Assembly (NCBI GenBank): GCA_030754595.1
Contig: JASLZZ010000021.1
Coordinates: 1-27,630 of the forward strand
Source: Nitrospinota bacterium
GTDB lineage: Bacteria; UBA8248
Direction of reading: 5' to 3'
DNA: 27,630 nucleotides
The position numbers and the translations under genes are program-made. Numbering within the stretch: the stretch's first letter is position 1; each line of letters opens with the position of its first letter. The notes beneath the pieces were generated by a model. The model was not told the DNA's origin, searched no databases, and saw only the letters and a program-made list of their open reading frames with translations. Below are positions 24,679-27,630 of this stretch, in pieces.

Positions 24679-24855
24679 ATTTTTTCCTCCTCAAAACAGA
24701 AACCCAGGGTTGTAAAATATGAGACCGAGACTTATCGAATCGTCTTGTGCAACTCAATCGCATAACTCATCTAGCCTCTTGGCCCGCATATGATAAAATA
24801 ACGACTCTCCATCGATAGGCTTCATTGGAAATTCACCACACACAGGAGGACGAAA

Positions 24856-25263
24856 ATGCCATACTACAAAATATTCGACATGGAAAAGGTGCGTGAAGAT
24901 GCGAGCCCCGAAGCGGAAATCCAGCGGGTAAAGGGCGAGCTGATGAAGGCGGGACTCGTCACCTATAATAAAGGTGAATTCGCAAGACCCCACGCCCACC
25001 CCAACGAGGAGCAATTCGTTCTCATCATGGAAGGAAAGCGGTATTCCATTCTCGGGGACGAGGAACGCGTTGTGGGCCCCGGCGACCTTTTGCATATTCC
25101 CCGCAACACCCGGCACGGGGCCATTACGCTGACCGATAAAGTGGTTTCGTTCGTTGTGAAAAGCCCGGCGGGAACCGGGGTTCTGGGCCAGGACTACCAT
25201 GAAGCGGAAGACGTAGAAGAGGTCATTAAACGCCTCAAGTCAAAACTGGAAGAACTCGGCTAG
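24856..25263 (+). CDS. Cupin domain protein (paralogue of 1679-2083)
   Basis: PHAHPNEEQ and GDLLHIPRNTRHG. AGGAGG SD. Confidence 0.9.
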   Translation: MPYYKIFDMEKVREDASPEAEIQRVKGELMKAGLVTYNKGEFARPHAHPNEEQFVLIMEGKRYSILGDEERVVGPGDLLHIPRNTRHGAITLTDKVVSFVVKSPAGTGVLGQDYHEAEDVEEVIKRLKSKLEELG

Positions 25264-25309
25264 GTGAATTTCGATGGTCTTGCCGTTTTCTAAATTAGAA
25301 TCGAGGGCA

Positions 25310-26242
25310 CTAATCCGCTAGCCGCTTCATGCGGGGGTCGAGTGCGTCGCGAATCCAGTCCCCCAAAAGGTTCACGCCGAGGACGGTGAACATCAGCGCC
25401 AATCCGGGGAAAAGAGCGAGCCACCACGCCGTATCGAGAAAAGATCGCCCATCGGCGAGCATCCCGCCCCAGGAGGGCGTAGGAGGCGGAACCCCAACGC
25501 CCAGGAATGAAAGAGAGGCCTCTATAATGATCATCCGTCCCAGATAGAGCGTGGCGATCACGATGGCGGTGGACAAGACATTCGGCAAAAGATGGCGGAC
25601 CAGAATCCGGGGCGTGCGGCAACCGGAAGCCTTCGCTCCGACGACGTATTCGAACTCCTTCGCGGAGAGAATCGCTCCCCGAATCGGACGCGCATAGACG
25701 ATCCAGGTCCGCACGGCCATGGCGAGGATGACGTTCTGAAGGCTTGGCCCCAGAATGGCGATGATACTCATCGCCAGCAAGATGAAGGGTACGGACAGAG
25801 CGATATCGACAATCCTGCTGATAATGGTATCAACCAATCCGCCGTAATATCCCGAAACGAGCCCCAGAGTCATTCCGATCATACCGCTCAGAAGAACCGC
25901 GACAAATCCGACGATGAGCGAAACCCGCGCGCCCCAAATAATCCGGCTCAACATATCGCGGCCAAGCTCGTCCGATCCGACCCAATAGGTGAAGCCGGCG
26001 GGGGTCGTAAAGCCGGGCGGCTTCAGGGTCATATCGAGATCTTGCGTATACGGGTCCATGGGAGAGAACCATCCCGGCACCAATGCCCAGACAATGACGA
26101 ATGTGATGCAAAGAAAGCCGAATAATGCGGGCGGGCGGCGCATTAGATCGCGAACGGCCAGCTGAAGATCCGAGGGCGCCGGGGTATCTTCTTCCCAGGT
26201 TTCCGGCGGAACGCTGATCGTTTCGATTCGCTCGGTCGCCAT
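25310..26242 (-). CDS. Peptide/nickel ABC transporter permease (DppC-like)
   Basis: GSDELGRDMLSRIIWGARVSL, EAA-loop region, RHLLPN, EASLSFLG and PSWG. Start placed at MATERI. Confidence 0.95.
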   Translation of the reverse strand: MATERIETISVPPETWEEDTPAPSDLQLAVRDLMRRPPALFGFLCITFVIVWALVPGWFSPMDPYTQDLDMTLKPPGFTTPAGFTYWVGSDELGRDMLSRIIWGARVSLIVGFVAVLLSGMIGMTLGLVSGYYGGLVDTIISRIVDIALSVPFILLAMSIIAILGPSLQNVILAMAVRTWIVYARPIRGAILSAKEFEYVVGAKASGCRTPRILVRHLLPNVLSTAIVIATLYLGRMIIIEASLSFLGVGVPPPTPSWGGMLADGRSFLDTAWWLALFPGLALMFTVLGVNLLGDWIRDALDPRMKRLAD

Positions 26243-26256
26243 TCTCCGGTCTCTTC

Positions 26257-27192
26257 CTAGCTGTAGGTGATACGCGGATCGAGCCACGCGTACAGAATGT
26301 CTACGGCGAGATTCACCAAAACGAAACTGGTGGCGAGCAGTGCCACCGCTGCCTGGACCACGGGATAGTCCTGGTTGCGGATGGAATCCACCACGAGGAA
26401 TCCCACTCCCGGCCAGGAGAAAACCACCTCGACGACGACCGTTCCGCCGAGCAGGATACCCATCTCGAGCCCGATGAGGGTGACTACCGGAATTGACGCA
26501 TTTTTAAGCGCATGACGGAATACGACGACGTGCTCGAGGAGCCCCTTGGAGCGGGCGGTCTGGATATAATCGCTCCCCAGGACTTCGAGCATGCCCGAAC
26601 GCACCAGCCGGGTGAGGCGCGCCGTCGCGTAAAGGCCCGCGGTCAGGGCGGGCAGGATGAGGTACTCCAGCCCATCCGCGCCCGATGTCGGTAGCCATTC
26701 GAGTTTTACCGCGAACAACATTATGAGAAGCAAGCCCAGCCAGAAGCCGGGCATCGATTGGCCGAACATCGCACCCACCGTGGTGACGTGATCGGCCAAT
26801 GAGTTTCGATAGACCGCGGAGATCACCCCGGCTGGAATGGATATCAATACCGCTATGGTCACCGCGGTGAAAGCGAGGAGAGCGGTCGCCGGGAAGTGGT
26901 CGAGGACGAGACCGAGAGCGGGAAGTTCCTGATGGTAGGAGAATCCAAAATCGCCCCGGAGGACGCCCTTGTTTTCCTTGTAGCCGACTAAAAAATTGAT
27001 GTATTGGACATGGAGCGGCAGGTCGAAGCCCATTTCCTTTCGAAACTGCTCAATATCTTCCTGGTCGGCGCCCTCGGGCATCAGAACCGAAGCCGGATCG
27101 CCCGTCATTTGCAACATGAAAAAGACGATCAACAACACGCCTTTGATAACAATCAGACTCTGTAATAGTCGGCGAATGATGTATGAACGCAT
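26257..27192 (-). CDS. Peptide/nickel ABC transporter permease (DppB-like)
   Basis: YIIRRLL, GDPA, DYIQTARSKGL, HALKNA, EVVFSWPGVG, DYPVVQ and DPRI. Confidence 0.95.
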   Translation of the reverse strand: MRSYIIRRLLQSLIVIKGVLLIVFFMLQMTGDPASVLMPEGADQEDIEQFRKEMGFDLPLHVQYINFLVGYKENKGVLRGDFGFSYHQELPALGLVLDHFPATALLAFTAVTIAVLISIPAGVISAVYRNSLADHVTTVGAMFGQSMPGFWLGLLLIMLFAVKLEWLPTSGADGLEYLILPALTAGLYATARLTRLVRSGMLEVLGSDYIQTARSKGLLEHVVVFRHALKNASIPVVTLIGLEMGILLGGTVVVEVVFSWPGVGFLVVDSIRNQDYPVVQAAVALLATSFVLVNLAVDILYAWLDPRITYS

Positions 27193-27255
27193 GGGCTGTC
27201 CGCGAAGCTACATTCTTAGAGTAAAAAGGCGTTTGCGACCCGTCGATGATCTCTT

Positions 27256-27630
27256 TTACAACAGCTCGATGATATCCATCATCATTCCCTTGAGGCGGCC
27301 GTCGCAAAGGTGCCCGGCATATACTTCTCCAGGCTTTCTGGGACCGCCGCTCACCGTCAAATGAAGATGAATGTATGGGTCCGGGTCGTCGGTCCACATG
27401 TGTTTTTCAGGCAATGTAGGAGGCGCAGAATCGGGCCAGGTGATGATTCCCTGCCCCTGAACGTCCACCCACTGGTCGATATGAAGCCGAGTCTCGTCGG
27501 GAGGAGGCATTGGAGGAGAGGGAAGCAAGACACCCGGAATAATGTCGAGTTCGTAAAACGCCCCAAGAAAGAAAACCGAGCCGGCGCGGATATTTTTTTC
27601 TTTTACAAAACGAACGATACCGCCATAGAA
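27256..27630 (-). CDS. PPC/DUF296-like protein; 5' end outside the window
   Basis: Frame is open from the window end (FYGGIVRFVKEKNIRAGSVFFLGA...). PYIHLHLTVS...VYAGHL matches the HxH...GHL motif. Confidence 0.75.
   Translation of the reverse strand, partial: FYGGIVRFVKEKNIRAGSVFFLGAFYELDIIPGVLLPSPPMPPPDETRLHIDQWVDVQGQGIITWPDSAPPTLPEKHMWTDDPDPYIHLHLTVSGGPRKPGEVYAGHLCDGRLKGMMMDIIELL

Noticed and set aside
2146..24765. Long antisense or alternative-frame ORFs (e.g. 2146-3207, 3221-4303, 9367-10470, 9924-11159, 21729-22898, 23188-24765)
   Set aside because: They overlap well-supported genes, lack recognisable motifs, and are expected shadows in GC-rich coding DNA.

Overview
A GC-rich bacterial chromosomal window, mostly metabolic and signalling genes. 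Left to right: a partial DUF488 gene, a miniature secreted FGE/C-lectin-fold gene, a cupin, metF, a peroxiredoxin and Mn-type SOD, a cNMP+PilZ protein, and a frameshifted secreted repeat protein paired with a hybrid histidine kinase. An M28 peptidase follows, then a probable degraded phage tail remnant (11.2-13.0 kb) and a damaged LLM monooxygenase. A lower-GC block (about 14.2-21.2 kb, judged by eye) carries prpB, a broken receiver protein plus Hpt, a DRE-TIM/SDR/BKACE operon and a second SDR. The right end has a truncated amidohydrolase, cupins, a ThDP enzyme, Dpp-type ABC permeases and a partial DUF296 gene. I found no rRNA, tRNA, CRISPR array, integrase, transposase or reverse transcriptase. 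The most unusual feature is a 45-aa membrane-peptide ORF (12622-12759) inside a 38/39-bp inverted repeat, with alternative SD-sequestering hairpins in its leader, which suggests a type I toxin-antitoxin-like locus. Other candidates are an exact 19-bp intergenic repeat, a possible -1 frameshift site, and two structured intergenic elements. All family calls come from motif recognition by eye; no database searches were run.
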